DNA of 64,000 bases, taken from positions 32,860,001 through 32,924,000 of the forward strand of contig NC_083288.1 of the NCBI RefSeq assembly GCF_963506605.1, written 5' to 3'. Positions 62,861 through 64,000 of this stretch are shown piece by piece. The notes beneath the pieces are model-generated. The model was given only the letters and a program-made list of their open reading frames with translations. It ran no database searches and had not been told where the DNA came from. Made by a program: the position numbers and the translations under genes. The stretch is from Zootoca vivipara (taxonomy: Eukaryota). The first letter of the stretch is position 1. Every line of letters begins with the position of its first letter.

Positions 62861-63761
62861 CTTTAAAAAATTACGTGGCATCAGAAGGATTTCAGCAAAG
62901 CACCAGGTGGACCTCAGTGGGCAGAGCATTCCACGGGGGGGGGGGGGGGACCTCAACTGAAATGTTTAGTTCACTAATTTGCCTCATGGATCAGAACACA
63001 ATATTCATAATGTATTGATCGGGGGGGGGGGGATTCACCAGATATAGAACTGAAAGCCAATATGTATTTTAGGGCTGTGCAGGCTTCCCGCTCCCCATCT
63101 CAATTCAATTTACAGCATGATTTAGTCACTCAGATTGCCCCCCCCCCCGCATTAAGAATGAATCAATTTAAATGGGCTGACCATTAGGCCAGGGACTCGA
63201 TGCTTTCTATGGGCTCCTCTCCTTCATTGCCCCTCTCCCTGACCTTTGACTTCCTTGTGCTAGAATACAAGTGCTGGGTCTGTTTGCTGCTCCCCCCCCC
63301 CATCACTGGGCTTTGTCTGGATAGTCATTTGTGGGTGGGTGGGGGCTGTGCTGCAGTAACTAAGCTTCCAAGTTTTACTGCTGTTTGTGATTAGTATAGT
63401 GGAAGTCAAAGATCAGGGAACATAATAAAGCAGAGACTGGATTTTTCTTTTAGCAGTATTCTCTCCTTCATATGTTTTACAAGTGTTGTACAACTTTGCA
63501 GTCAGAGACAAGCTCCATGGAGTTCAAGGGAGCTTACTCTCAAGTTGCTGCTATGCATAGGGCTACAGTCATGACACATGGTTGACAAATATGGGGAAAC
63601 CATGTCTCCCCAGACAAATTCCAAGATACTAATGACACATTGCTACATTTTGGAATCTCCTTTCATTATAGGATTTCATATGCTGAGCTTCTAACTTCAA
63701 AATTCACCACTATGCCACTGGTTCCTTATTACCTAACCAAAGGGAATAAAAAATGACAGTC

Positions 63762-64000
63762 CTGAATATGGGACAAATTCATATTCTGCAGCAATTCCAC
63801 AGGGAGTCCCCAGCTTTGAAAGAATAACTATGGTCATGTTAGATTATTAAGAGGACTATAATTAAATCTGCCGCTTTTTAAAAAATCCATGTGGATTTTC
63901 CGTGGCCACTGGCAAAACTAAGGGCAAAGGATGCAATCAATCTAACCAGGGTAATTGAGGTGAGGCCTGGGTTCTGATTTTGGGTACTCCCAGATTGCAG
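63762..64000 (+). promoter_or_regulatory. V2R upstream module of a predicted next gene beyond the window
   Basis: GAATATGGGACAAA, CAGCAATTCCACAGGGAG, TAATTA (63859), GTGG-N11-CCACTGGCAAAAC, TTCTGATTTTGGGTACT, in the same order as in genes 1-3. Confidence 0.7.

Overview
Eukaryotic (squamate, most likely lacertid lizard) genomic DNA containing a head-to-tail tandem array of vomeronasal type-2 receptor (V2R, class C GPCR) genes, all on the + strand with the canonical 6-exon layout (about 215-221/292/849-861/216-228/127/902 nt). Four copies (genes 1, 2, 3, 5) splice into intact 868-876 aa ORFs. Gene 4 is a frameshifted pseudogene with a 13-nt deletion in exon 3. A relic of the 3' end of another V2R lies after gene 5, split by a hAT element. 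A conserved upstream module (TGACA box, O/E-like site, TAATTA homeodomain site, GTGG-N11-CCAC dyad, TATA-like box) precedes every gene. It recurs at the right edge of the window, predicting a further V2R gene just outside. Introns and spacers are rich in TEs: CR1, L1, L2 and Bov-B LINE fragments; Sauria, Squam3-like and tRNA-Lys/CR1-tail SINEs; hAT and Tc1/Tigger MITEs; three solo LTRs; and a clean non-autonomous Helitron nested in an L1. Also notable are an 82-bp block copied between non-homologous introns of genes 3 and 4, and a patchwork of exon-6 variants suggesting inter-paralog gene conversion. Two assembly gaps are present. All exon and TE boundaries were read by eye, and TE family names come from recalled consensus features, not database searches.
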